Positions 8,331-19,000 of a stretch of 64,000 bases of DNA are shown piece after piece (positions within the stretch are counted from its first letter, which is position 1; each line of letters opens with the position of its first letter). Both the position numbers and the translations under genes were made by a program. The stretch spans positions 1,050-65,049 of the forward strand of contig CACYGB010000013.1 in NCBI GenBank assembly GCA_902773895.1. Reading direction: 5' to 3'. The notes under the pieces were generated by a model, which was given only the letters and a program-made list of their open reading frames with translations, did not search any database and was not told the origin of the DNA. The DNA comes from an uncultured Eubacteriales bacterium (GTDB lineage: Bacteria; Bacillota; Clostridia; Christensenellales; Aristaeellaceae).

Positions 8331-9428
8331 TTACTTTTGAATCTCGTGGATCATGCGCAGCACCGCGTCGGTGCCGTTGGCCGGGGGCGCGGCGGTCAGG
8401 GCGGCCACCAGGTTTTCCCGGTCCTCCCGCAGGGCGCGGATGGCCTGGGTCAGGGTATCGGCGGTCATGTTTTCCTGCAGCAGCACGTGGCACAGGCCCC
8501 GCTTGCGGAAGGATTCGGCGTTCAGGATCTGGTCGCCCCGGCTGGCGCCCTTGGGGTACGGCACCAGCAGCATGGGCTTTTTCAGCGCCTGGAATTCAAA
8601 AATGGCGTTGCTGCCGGCCCGGCTCAGCACCAGGTCCGCGCAGGCCAGCGCGTGGGGCAGTTCGTCGGACAGGAATTCAAACTGTTTGTAGCCCGGCAGG
8701 GTGTTCAGGCTTTCGTCCAGGTTGCCTTTGCCGGTCAGGTGCAGCACGTCCATTTCGGGCAGCAATTGGGGCAGCGCTTCCCGCAGGGCCTTGTTGACGC
8801 TTTGGGCGCCGATGGAGCCGCCCATCATCAGCAGGACCGGCTTATCCCCGGCAAAGCCGCTCATTTCCAGGCCCTTTTCCCGGCTGCCGGCAAACAGCTC
8901 CGGCCGCATGGGCGTGCCGGTGCACACCGCCTTGCCGCCCAGCGCCGCGGCGCATTCGGGGAAGGTGGTGGCGATCCGTTTGGCAAACCGGCTGCAGATT
9001 TTGTTGGCCAGGCCCGGGGTCAGGTCGCTTTCATGGCAAAGGACCGGAACATGGTGAAGCCACGCGCCGACCACTACGGGCACGGAAACGAAGCCGCCCT
9101 TGGAAAAGCACACGTCGGGCTTCAGTTTGCCCATCAGCCGGGCGGATTGGAAGGCCCCGGCGATGACCCGGAAGGGATCGGTGAAGTTTTTCCAGTCGTG
9201 ATAGCGGCGCAGCTTGCCGCTTTTCACGCTGTGGTAGGTGACGCCGGGCAGCGTCATCATTTTATGCTCGATGCCGTCCTCCGTGCCGATATAGTGCACG
9301 TCGTAGCCTTCTTCCAGCAGATGGGGCAGCAGGGCCAGGTGCGGGGTCACATGCCCCGCGGTGCCGCCGCCGGTCAATACGATACGCTTCAAATGCAAGG
9401 CCTCCTTGATGGTTGCTTCTTTTTCCAT
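8331..9428 (-). CDS. murG: UDP-GlcNAc:lipid I N-acetylglucosaminyltransferase
   Basis: 365 aa with the GGGTAGHV motif and GT28 architecture. I chose the start at M22 of the tracked ORF. Confidence 0.9.
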   Translation of the reverse strand: MEKEATIKEALHLKRIVLTGGGTAGHVTPHLALLPHLLEEGYDVHYIGTEDGIEHKMMTLPGVTYHSVKSGKLRRYHDWKNFTDPFRVIAGAFQSARLMGKLKPDVCFSKGGFVSVPVVVGAWLHHVPVLCHESDLTPGLANKICSRFAKRIATTFPECAAALGGKAVCTGTPMRPELFAGSREKGLEMSGFAGDKPVLLMMGGSIGAQSVNKALREALPQLLPEMDVLHLTGKGNLDESLNTLPGYKQFEFLSDELPHALACADLVLSRAGSNAIFEFQALKKPMLLVPYPKGASRGDQILNAESFRKRGLCHVLLQENMTADTLTQAIRALREDRENLVAALTAAPPANGTDAVLRMIHEIQK

Positions 9429-9471
9429 TATAGCACAGCCCGGGAAAGATATACAACGGGGAAAAACGCGT

Positions 9472-9912
9472 TCACGGCAGGATCTCCACATCCGTTCCCT
9501 CGGGGACCAGGGAAAACAGTTTTTCCGCGTCCCCGTCCGCCAGGGCGATGCAGCCTGCCGTCCAGTCGGAGGCGATCCCGCCGCCGTGAATATAGATTTC
9601 GCCGCCCAGGAAGGTGCCCCAGGGCGGCCTTTCCCCGCGTGCGGCGCGGTCCCGGATGCAGGCCAGCAGCGATTCGTCGGCGCCGGAGCGCCGGGCGTCC
9701 TGCAGGTTGGGATAGCTGATGCCCAGGGACGGGCCGTATTTGCCCCGTTTTTTCAGGCAAACGAAATATTGCCCTTCCGGGGTGCGCCCGTCGCCCGCTT
9801 TTTCCTTGGGGCCTTCGGGCTGGGAACCCAGGGCGACCGGGGCGGAAAAAACCGCGGTATCTCCATCCAGCAGTGTCAGCAGCCGCCGGCTTTTGCAAAT
9901 CAGGATCTTCAT
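9472..9912 (-). CDS. L,D-transpeptidase (YkuD domain)
   Basis: 146 aa with the catalytic motif IHGGGIASDWTAGCIAL. Its ATG overlaps the stop of the upstream DUF554 gene (ATGA). Confidence 0.8.
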   Translation of the reverse strand: MKILICKSRRLLTLLDGDTAVFSAPVALGSQPEGPKEKAGDGRTPEGQYFVCLKKRGKYGPSLGISYPNLQDARRSGADESLLACIRDRAARGERPPWGTFLGGEIYIHGGGIASDWTAGCIALADGDAEKLFSLVPEGTDVEILP

Positions 9913-10589
9913 GGGATCAGCAGCGTCAGCAGCAGCGGCGCGAACACTGCCGGCAGCAGATTGCCCACGGGCAGATGGTCCTTGCGCAGCATGTTCAGCC
10001 CCACGCCCAGGATCAGCACGCCGCCCACGGCGCTCATCTCCATAATGACCCGCTCCGTCAGCAGCGGCGCCACGGCCTGGGAAAGCAGCGCGATGCTGCC
10101 CTGGTACAGGAACACCGCCGCGGCGGAAAGCGCCACGCCCGGCCCCAGCGTGCTGGCGAACACGATGCTGATGACGCCGTCCAGCACGGACTTGGCAAAC
10201 AACGTGCTGTGGTCGCCCCGCAGGCCGGAATCCATGCTGCCCACAATGGCCATGGCGCCCACGCAGAACATCAGCGAGGCGGTGACAAAACCCTTGCCGA
10301 AGGAGCCGTCCGCCTCCTTGGCAAAGCGTTTTTCCAGGCGCTTGCCCAGGCGGTCCAGCCGCTCTTCGATTTTCAGCAGCGCGCCCACCACGGCGCCCAG
10401 CACCACCGATAAAATGACCAGCATCTGGTTTCCCGTTCCCAGCGCGCCCTTCATGCCGATCAGCAGGGTGCACAGGCCCACGCCGGCCATCAGGGCGCTT
10501 TGCACCCGCTGGGGCAGGCCCTTGCGCAGCAGCAGGCCGATCAGGGAGCCGGCAATAATGGCGGCGGCGTTCACAAGCGTTCCAAGCAT
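9909..10589 (-). CDS. DUF554 family membrane protein
   Basis: 226 aa polytopic membrane protein starting MLGTLVNAAAIIAGSLIGLLL, with a GGAGGA RBS. Confidence 0.75.
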   Translation of the reverse strand: MLGTLVNAAAIIAGSLIGLLLRKGLPQRVQSALMAGVGLCTLLIGMKGALGTGNQMLVILSVVLGAVVGALLKIEERLDRLGKRLEKRFAKEADGSFGKGFVTASLMFCVGAMAIVGSMDSGLRGDHSTLFAKSVLDGVISIVFASTLGPGVALSAAAVFLYQGSIALLSQAVAPLLTERVIMEMSAVGGVLILGVGLNMLRKDHLPVGNLLPAVFAPLLLTLLIP

Positions 10590-10625
10590 GCATTTGTTTT
10601 CCTCCAGGTTCAGAATCGAACGGCA

Positions 10626-10989
10626 TCAGTATATCACGGCTGTCAACAGGCGGGTAAGGGCGAAACACAAAAAGAACGAAACCGCCGCGTGGGCCAGCCG
10701 CCGCAGCAGCAGGGAGCGGGCCGTCACGCCGCTTTCCTGCCAGAAGGCCGCGTTCTGCATCAGCAGGGACGCGCCGCCCAGGGAACAGGCAGCGCAGACC
10801 AGCGGCAGCGTCCAGGGCGAGGGCAGGGCGGTCAGCGCCCGCACGCCGGCGGCAAAGGAAAGCGGCGCGGCAGGCGGCGGCGCGGGCCCACAGTCGCATG
10901 GCCTCCAGGGCGGCCTCCGCTGCCTGCCGGGGATAGGCGATCATGGCTCCGGCCAGGGCGCCGTAAACGGCTGCGCTCCATCGGTTCAT
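10626..10989 (-). pseudogene. Remnant of a YlbJ-like nucleoside-recognition-domain membrane protein (internally deleted and frameshifted)
   Basis: The N-terminal 35-40 codons (MNRWSAAVYGALAGAMIAYPRQAAEAALEAMRLWAR) are in one frame. A C-terminal-looking segment (SFAAGVRALTALPSPWTLPLVCAACSLGGASLLMQNAAFWQESG...AVIY*) lies in another frame. The total is only about 120 codons, whereas I recall roughly 400 for this family. Confidence 0.4.
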
Positions 10990-11078
10990 TTTTCTTCACC
11001 TCGGGAAAGCTTACGTTTTCCCGGCCGAAGAAAGAACAAAAAAACGGGCCGCGCCGGAGCGCAGCCCGTGAAAACAGC

Positions 11079-12101
11079 TTACTTCTTGCTTCGGTAAATG
11101 GCGATGGTCAGCGCGCCGTCCTGGGAAACGGCGTCAATGCGGATGGGGAAGGGATAATCGTTGCGAAAACGCAGGTTCAGCGTCTTGCTGCCCACCGCGG
11201 CGTCAACGCCCATGGGCAGGTAGGAGGCGCCGTTGGCGCCGTGGGCCCGGCGCTGCAACACGGTGATGCCCGGCAATTGCAGCACCACGTTGTACAGCGT
11301 GGAGGACACCTGGCAGGTGCCGCCGCCGTAGCCCTGCTGCACCTCTCCGTCGATGAGCACGCCGGCGGGTTTGTAGCCGTTGGCGGCCCGGTAAGGGCCG
11401 ACCTGGGCGTTGAAATCCAGGGAACCGCCTTTTTTCAGCGGCAGCATGCACAGCTTTTTGCAGGCCACGGCGATGTTGGACATGCGGTTGCGGTTGGATT
11501 CGTCGTCGGTGATTTTATAAAAGGAGGTAAAGGACGCGATGGGCGCGTCGGTGCCGGCGCTTTCCGGGGCTTCGTACACGGGGGTCAGCTCACCCAGCAG
11601 CCGGGAGTCGATGTACCCGTATTCCCGGTGGTAAATCAGCTTACCGTAGCCGTTTTCAAAGCCGATGAAGGACACCCGGGCCCCCTTGTGCAGGGTGATC
11701 AGGGTGCTGCCCTTGCCGGGCTTGGTGGTGACAGGGGCATCCTTGGCAGCCACGGTGGCCAGGAAATGGTTGAATTCCACGCCGTAGGGCGGCGTCGTTT
11801 TGCTGTTGATGGGCTGGGGGTTGTCCAGGCACACGCGCTTGATGTAGCCGGTGGTGCCGGTGGCCTCATAGGTGACCAGCGCGAAGGTGGGGTTCAATTC
11901 GTGAATGACTACCCGGGCCTTGTTGGGAATGCTGCCGATGACGTCGGAGGCCTGGGTGCCGCTCCAGGAGGCGTACACCCGGGTGGCGGTGTTCAGCTTG
12001 GCGGTATACAGCCGGTTCTTGGTGTTGAATTTCTGCGCCGCAAGGCCCCCGGAAAAGGGCAGCAGCGCCAGCAGAACAGCCAGGGCCAGCAAACGTTTCA
12101 T
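11079..12101 (-). CDS. VanW family protein with a signal peptide and SH3-like repeats
   Basis: 340 aa with the motif GYGGGTCQVSSTLYN. The RBS overlaps the end of the upstream paralog. Confidence 0.8.
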   Translation of the reverse strand: MKRLLALAVLLALLPFSGGLAAQKFNTKNRLYTAKLNTATRVYASWSGTQASDVIGSIPNKARVVIHELNPTFALVTYEATGTTGYIKRVCLDNPQPINSKTTPPYGVEFNHFLATVAAKDAPVTTKPGKGSTLITLHKGARVSFIGFENGYGKLIYHREYGYIDSRLLGELTPVYEAPESAGTDAPIASFTSFYKITDDESNRNRMSNIAVACKKLCMLPLKKGGSLDFNAQVGPYRAANGYKPAGVLIDGEVQQGYGGGTCQVSSTLYNVVLQLPGITVLQRRAHGANGASYLPMGVDAAVGSKTLNLRFRNDYPFPIRIDAVSQDGALTIAIYRSKK

Positions 12102-12107
12102 GCAGGA

Positions 12108-13124
12108 TCAGCTCCCCTTGTAAATGGCAATGAACAGCGCGTGGTCGTGGGTGGAAGCGTCGATGCGGATGGGGAAGGAATAATCGTTGCGGAAAATAAA
12201 GTTCAGGTTGGTGGCGCCGGAGGAGGCGTCCATGCCGTGGGGCAGGTAGGACGCGGCGTTGTTGCCGTGGGGCTTGCGCATCAGCACGGTGATGCCGGGC
12301 AGCTGCATCAGGGTGTCCCACAGGGTGGAGGATACCTGGCAGGAGCCGCCGCCGTAGTTGGTGGTCACCTTGCCGTCCTTCAGCACGGGGGCCGGCAGGT
12401 AGCCGCGCTTGGCGGTGAAGGGGCCGGCGGTGTGGTTGAAATTCATGCTTTCACCGGGCTTCATGACTTTGCTGATGTACTTGCAGGCCACGGCCAGGTT
12501 GTTGATGCGGTCCTCGTTATCGCTGTAATAGGAGGTGAACACGGCCAGGGGCTCCTGGGTGCCGGCTTCCTCGATGTTGCTGGCGATGGGGTACAATTCC
12601 GCCAGCGCCCGGGTATCCACATAGCCGTACTGCCGGTGGTAAATCAGCTTGGCCCAGCCGTCCTCCACGCCGATGATGGCCACCCTGGCGCCCTTAGTCA
12701 GCTGGGTCAGGGTGGCGCTGCCGGACTTTTTGTCCGCCTTCACTTCCACATCCCGGTCGATGAGGGCGTAATAAAAATGCTCCATCACCGGATAGGGCGG
12801 CGTTTTCACGGGATCCACCGTATCGGTCACGTCAATGCGGTTGCGCAGGATGTAGCCCACCCCGGTGCCGTTTTTCACCTGCACCCAGTTGGGGTAAATG
12901 GCGGTGATTTCGATTTCGCTGCCGGGCTTGAGGGTTTTGAGCGCCTTGGACGTTTTGTCCATGGTGCCGTAGACGTTGGTGGTGCTGCTGCCGTAGCGCT
13001 TGGTGACGATGCCGTTGTACAGCACCGTTACCGCCGTCTTTTTGCTTGTCGTGGCAGCCAGGGCCGTGCTGTTCACGGCCAGGCAGAGGAGCAGCAGAAT
13101 GCTCAGAAAACGCCGGATCTTCAT
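12108..13124 (-). CDS. VanW family protein, tandem paralog
   Basis: 338 aa with the motif NYGGGSCQVSSTLW. By eye it is roughly half identical to the downstream copy. Confidence 0.8.
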   Translation of the reverse strand: MKIRRFLSILLLLCLAVNSTALAATTSKKTAVTVLYNGIVTKRYGSSTTNVYGTMDKTSKALKTLKPGSEIEITAIYPNWVQVKNGTGVGYILRNRIDVTDTVDPVKTPPYPVMEHFYYALIDRDVEVKADKKSGSATLTQLTKGARVAIIGVEDGWAKLIYHRQYGYVDTRALAELYPIASNIEEAGTQEPLAVFTSYYSDNEDRINNLAVACKYISKVMKPGESMNFNHTAGPFTAKRGYLPAPVLKDGKVTTNYGGGSCQVSSTLWDTLMQLPGITVLMRKPHGNNAASYLPHGMDASSGATNLNFIFRNDYSFPIRIDASTHDHALFIAIYKGS

Positions 13125-13269
13125 TGGAAAACCTCCATGATGCCTGGGATCGAAGCCTGAAAAGGCTATTGTTCATTATATCATATTTCCGGGTTCCGTC
13201 CAGCCATTTTTCGGCAAAATTTACATTTTTGTTACGATTTTTTGCTGCTTTCGCGAAATTCGGGAACGG

Positions 13270-14397
13270 TTACGGCAGTTTGCCGTCCGTCAGGTCGACG
13301 CTGCCCGTTTCCGCAAAGGCGGACGGCAGGTTCTGCATGCCGGGAACAGCGCGGGGATAGATCAGCTTTTTCAGCATGGCGCGTTTCTCCGCTTCGTCCG
13401 TCAGCACATAAGGCCGGAAATCGCCACGGCCCTGGGTGCGGCAGGGGATCACGGTGAAGTTCAGCAGGGACAGGGTGCGCACGTCGTAGCGCAATTGGAA
13501 AATGCCGGTGTCCGGGTCCAGGTTCTTGATGGCGCCGAAGGTGAAGTTGCCGGTGCTGTAGAAAATGGGTTTTCCTTTGTAAAACTGCACCTGCTGCAGG
13601 ATGTGGGGATGATGGCCCCAGATCACGTCCGCCCCGGCGTCGATGATGCCCCGGGCCAGGTCGATCTGCCAGGCTTTGGGGGTGGTCAGCTCCTCCCGGC
13701 CCCAATGCAGGCTGATGATTACCAGCTGGCAGCCGGCCTTGCGCAGCGCCCGGATGCGGCTGGCGATGACGGGCAGGTCCGCCGTCTGGGGATAGGAAAA
13801 ACCGGCGGCGCCCAGGCGCACGCCCTTCACGTCGAAAATGCCCAGCTGCTCCCGCTGGCGCTTGGTGTCCGGGTACAGGGAGCCGAAATACCGGATGCCC
13901 AGGCCGTCCAGGGTCTGCAGGGTGTCGGTGTAGCCTGCGTCCAGGTAATCCAGGCAATGGTTGTTCACGGTGTTCACCGCGTCGATGCCGGAATGCAGGT
14001 ACACCCGGGCGTATTCCGGCAGCGCGCCCAGCACGGTGTTTTTGTTCTGGGTGCGATTGCCGCCGGTGAACACGCCCTCATTGTTGGCAAAGGAAAAATC
14101 GTCCGCCTCCAGGTATTCCCGCACCAGGGAAAACGGCCAGTCGAAGCCCTTTTCGTCCACCACTGCGGTGTAGGTGCCTTCCTTGCCCCGGGAATCGGGC
14201 TTGCCGCCGATGCTGCAGTCGCCCACAAAGGACAGGGTCAGGATGTTGGGGTTCCGGGAGGTTTTGGGCGCGTTCAGGATGTCCTGCATGGAAAAATCGT
14301 CGTCCTCCGGCGTTTCCTCCACGATCCACCCGTCCCCCAGCGCTGCCCGGGGCAGCAGAAGCAGCAGGATCAAAGCCGCAAGCAGCCTCTTTCTCAT
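13270..14397 (-). CDS. CapA/PGA_cap family metallophosphatase-like protein (secreted)
   Basis: 375 aa with a signal peptide. Motifs include FVGDCSIGG, NNHCLDY, SLHWGRE and WGHHPH. Confidence 0.8.
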   Translation of the reverse strand: MRKRLLAALILLLLLPRAALGDGWIVEETPEDDDFSMQDILNAPKTSRNPNILTLSFVGDCSIGGKPDSRGKEGTYTAVVDEKGFDWPFSLVREYLEADDFSFANNEGVFTGGNRTQNKNTVLGALPEYARVYLHSGIDAVNTVNNHCLDYLDAGYTDTLQTLDGLGIRYFGSLYPDTKRQREQLGIFDVKGVRLGAAGFSYPQTADLPVIASRIRALRKAGCQLVIISLHWGREELTTPKAWQIDLARGIIDAGADVIWGHHPHILQQVQFYKGKPIFYSTGNFTFGAIKNLDPDTGIFQLRYDVRTLSLLNFTVIPCRTQGRGDFRPYVLTDEAEKRAMLKKLIYPRAVPGMQNLPSAFAETGSVDLTDGKLP

Positions 14398-14466
14398 GGC
14401 GGCGTCTCCTTTCGTAAAGCTGGTTCCATTATACGGACTTTCCCGGGAAAAAGCAAACGCCTATGT

Positions 14467-14679
14467 TTACGCTTCGATCCAGGTCAGCAGCGCTTCCAGC
14501 CAGGGGAAGAAAAACCGCACGGTGCCGTCCTCTTCCTCCTCCGATTCCTCCGCGCCGGCCATTTCCAGCGCCGTTTCATCCAGAACACCCCACAGCACCG
14601 GCTGGCAGCGGACAGTTTGCTGCATACGCGGAATCCACAGCAGCCCCAGCAGTAGGAGCACACAAAGCCATGTACGCAT
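14467..14679 (-). CDS. Small hypothetical secreted or membrane protein with an acidic tail
   Basis: 70 aa with a hydrophobic N-terminus (WLCVLLLLGLLWI), a run of EESEEEED, and an AGGAAGG RBS. Confidence 0.45.
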   Translation of the reverse strand: MRTWLCVLLLLGLLWIPRMQQTVRCQPVLWGVLDETALEMAGAEESEEEEDGTVRFFFPWLEALLTWIEA

Positions 14680-14791
14680 GGATACACCTTCCTTTCGGCT
14701 TCATCGTTCCCCGGGCCGGATGGAAATATACCTTGAAGGAAGCCGACGATGCGGATATAATGGAAGCATCACCGAAACAAGGAGAGGGATT

Positions 14792-16009
<1,218 letters not shown>

Positions 16010-16019
16010 CACAAAAAGA

Positions 16020-16057
16020 ACGCCACGCGGCAAAGAAGACCGCGCGGCGTTTTTTTG
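16020..16057. terminator. Bidirectional rho-independent terminator between the U32 gene and polC
   Basis: Stem ACGCCACGCGG / CCGCGCGGCGT, with T6 on the plus strand and an A-run upstream (a T-run on the minus strand). Confidence 0.7.
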
Positions 16058-16068
16058 CAGCGTTGAAA

Positions 16069-19000
16069 TTACAGCTGGAACAGCGTCACCTGGTTGGTTT
16101 CGGCCAGGTCCTTCAGGCATCCGTGCTCCCGCAGCAGGTCCAGCACCGCGCTGGATACCTTGCCCCGGTTTTTCAGGTCCTCCACGGAAATGAAGGGGAT
16201 CTCCCGGGCCTCCACGATGCTCTGCGCCACGGATTCGCCCAGGCCGCCCAGGGCCGTGAAGGGAACCCGCAGGCCCTTGTCGCCCTCCGGGATGAAGCGG
16301 CTGACGTCGCTCTTGTACAGGTCGGCCGGCAGGAAATAATACCCCCGGGCCATCATTTCCAGCACCATTTCCAGGGCGGTGATGGAATCCTTGTCCTTGG
16401 CGGTGGTTTTCTTTTCCTGGTCCAGGGCGTACATTTCCTTCAGGCCGTCGCCGCGGATGGTGAAGTAGGCGGCGTAGTATGCCTGGGGATAATACACCTT
16501 GTACCAGGCCACGCGCAGGGCCATGGTGACATAAGCGGCGGCATGGCCCTTGGGGAACATGTACTTGATTTTGCGGCAGCTTTCCTCAAACCAGGCAGGC
16601 ACGTTGTGCTCGTGCATGGCTTCGGCCATTTCGGGCTTCAGCCCCTTACCCTTGCGCACGAATTCCATGGTGTCGAAGGCCATCTTGGCCGGCACGCCCT
16701 GCTGCATCAGCTGGTTCATGATGTCCTCGCGGGTGCACAGGCACTGACTCAGGGGCACGATGCCCTTGTCGATCAGGTCCTTGGCGTTGCCCAGCCACAC
16801 GTCGGTGCCGTGGGACAGGCCGGAAATGCGGATCAGCTCCTGCATGGTGGAGGGGTGCGTATCCTCCAGCATCTGGCGCACGAAGGCGGTGCCGAATTCC
16901 GGCACGCCGAAGGTGCCGGTGTTGCAGCCGATCTCCTCCCGGGTCACGCCCAGCGCCTCGGGGGAGGAGAACAGGCTCATCACCTTTTTGTCCCCCAGGG
17001 GGATCTTGCGGAAATTGACTCCCGTCAGCTCCTCCATCATGTGCAGCATGGTGGGATCGTCGTGGCCCAGAATGTCCAGCTTCACCAGGATGTCGTGCAT
17101 GGAGTTGAAATCGTAGTGGGTGGTGACGGTGGTGGATTCGGTGTCGTCGGCCGGGTGCTGCACGGCGGTGAACTGGCAGATGTCGTATTCCTGGGGCAGC
17201 ACCACCATGCCGGCGGGGTGCTGGCCCGTGGTGCGCTTCACGCCCACGCACCCGGCGGCCAGCCGCTCCTTTTCGGCGTCCGGCACGGTCAGGTTGCGCT
17301 CCTCCAGGTATTTGAGCACGTAGCCGTAGGCCGTTTTTTCCGCCAGGGTGCCGATGGTGCCGGCCCGGAACACGAATTCCTCGCCGAACAGCTCTTTCAC
17401 GTAATTGTGAGCCCGGGGCTGGTATTCGCCGGAGAAATTCAGGTCGATATCGGGCACCTTGTCGCCCTTGAAGCCCAGGAAGGCTTCAAAGGGAATGTCG
17501 AAACCGTCTTTCACCAGGGGCTTGCCGCACACAGGGCACACCTTGTCCGGCAAATCGACGCCGATGGTGTACTGGGGCGGAATGTCAAAATCCGCCTTGC
17601 GGCAGTTTTCGCAGCGGTAATGGGGCGGCAGGGAATTGATTTCGGTGATGCCGGTCAGAAACGCCACGAAGGAAGATCCCACGCTGCCGCGGCTGCCCAC
17701 CACATAGCCGTCCGCCAGGGATTTTTTCACCAGCTTCTGGGCGATGGAATACAGCGTGCAGTAGCCGTAGCCCACGATGGCGCCCAGCTCCTTGTCGATG
17801 CGCTTCTGCACGATGTCGGGCAGCTCGTCGCCGTAGAGGGCGTGGGCTTTGCCGTAGGTGAGGGTTTTGATGTCGTTTTCCGCTTCCGGCCAGAAGGGGG
17901 AGAAGGTGGTTTTCCCTTCGGGGTGCGGCGGGAACAGCGCGGGCTTCCCGATGCGGGAGGCCACCAGCTTGGGATTTTTGATAACCACCTCGTAGGCCTT
18001 TTCGGCCCCCAGGTAGGAAAATTCGTCCAGCATTTCCTCGGTGGTTTTGAAATACAGGGGCGGCTGCAGATCGGCGTCGCTGTAGCCCTGGCCGGCCTGG
18101 ATGATGGAGCGGAAGATGGCGTCCTCGGGATCCAGGAAATGCACGTCGCCGGTGGCCACCACCGGCAGGCCCAGTTTTTCGCCCAGGCGCACGATGCGGC
18201 GGTTGTATTCCCGCAGGGCCTCCTCGTCGGCCACCTTGCCTTCCCGGATCAGGAAGGCGTTGTTGCCCAGGGGCTGGATCTCCAGGTAGTCGTAGAACCG
18301 GGCGATTTTGGCCAGCTTTTCATCGCTGGCGCCGTCCACCATGGCGCTGTACAGTTCGCCCGCTTCGCAGGCGGAGCCCACGATGACGCCCTTGCGGTAT
18401 TTTTGCAGCACGGCCCGGGGAATGTGGGGCTTGCGGCGGAAATACTTCAGGTGCGCCTCGGAAATCATGTGGTTCAGGTTGGTCATGCCGTCCTGGTCGG
18501 CGGCCAGCAGGATGATGTGCCAGGAATTGCCCAGGGTGTAGCCCTTGGAAACGTCGTTCAGGTCCTTCAGCTTTTCGGCGCCCTTCTTCCGGGCGTCGTC
18601 CATCATCCGCGCCAGGCACTGGGCGGTGGCAGCGGCGTCGTTGACGGCCCGGTGGGCGTCCTTGAGCGATACGCCCAGGCGCTTGCACACCGATCCCAGC
18701 CGGTGGGATTTCAGTTCCGGATACAGTTTCCTGGCCAGCGTCAGGGTGTCGATCTGGGGCGCCTTGTATTCGAGGCCCAGGCGCTTCAATTCGCTTTCCA
18801 GCACGGCGCAGTCGAACTTGGCGTTGTGGGCCGCGATGGGGCAGCCGTCCATAAAGGCCAGCAGCTTGGGCAGCAATTCGGCGGCATTGGGCCGGTCCCG
18901 CAGCATCTGGTCGGTGATGTGGGTGATTTCGGTGATTTTCTGCGGCAGCAGCATCCCGGGGTTCACCAGCTCCCCGAAGGAATCCACCACCTGGCCGTGG

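Noticed and set aside
7950-8340. 72-aa and 96-aa ORFs in the murG-downstream spacer, and the matching ORF tail at 60810-61214
   Set aside because: The shared peptide (…AYCLLFQVC.IAK.RSRTRRVLVQGSGG) arises only because both ORFs read through the DNA repeat. There is no RBS, and the ORFs run through hairpins.
9472-10989. 505-aa minus-strand ORF
   Set aside because: It is a composite. Only the last 146 codons are the L,D-transpeptidase. The middle is out of frame over the DUF554 gene. The first roughly 38 codons belong to the YlbJ-like remnant.
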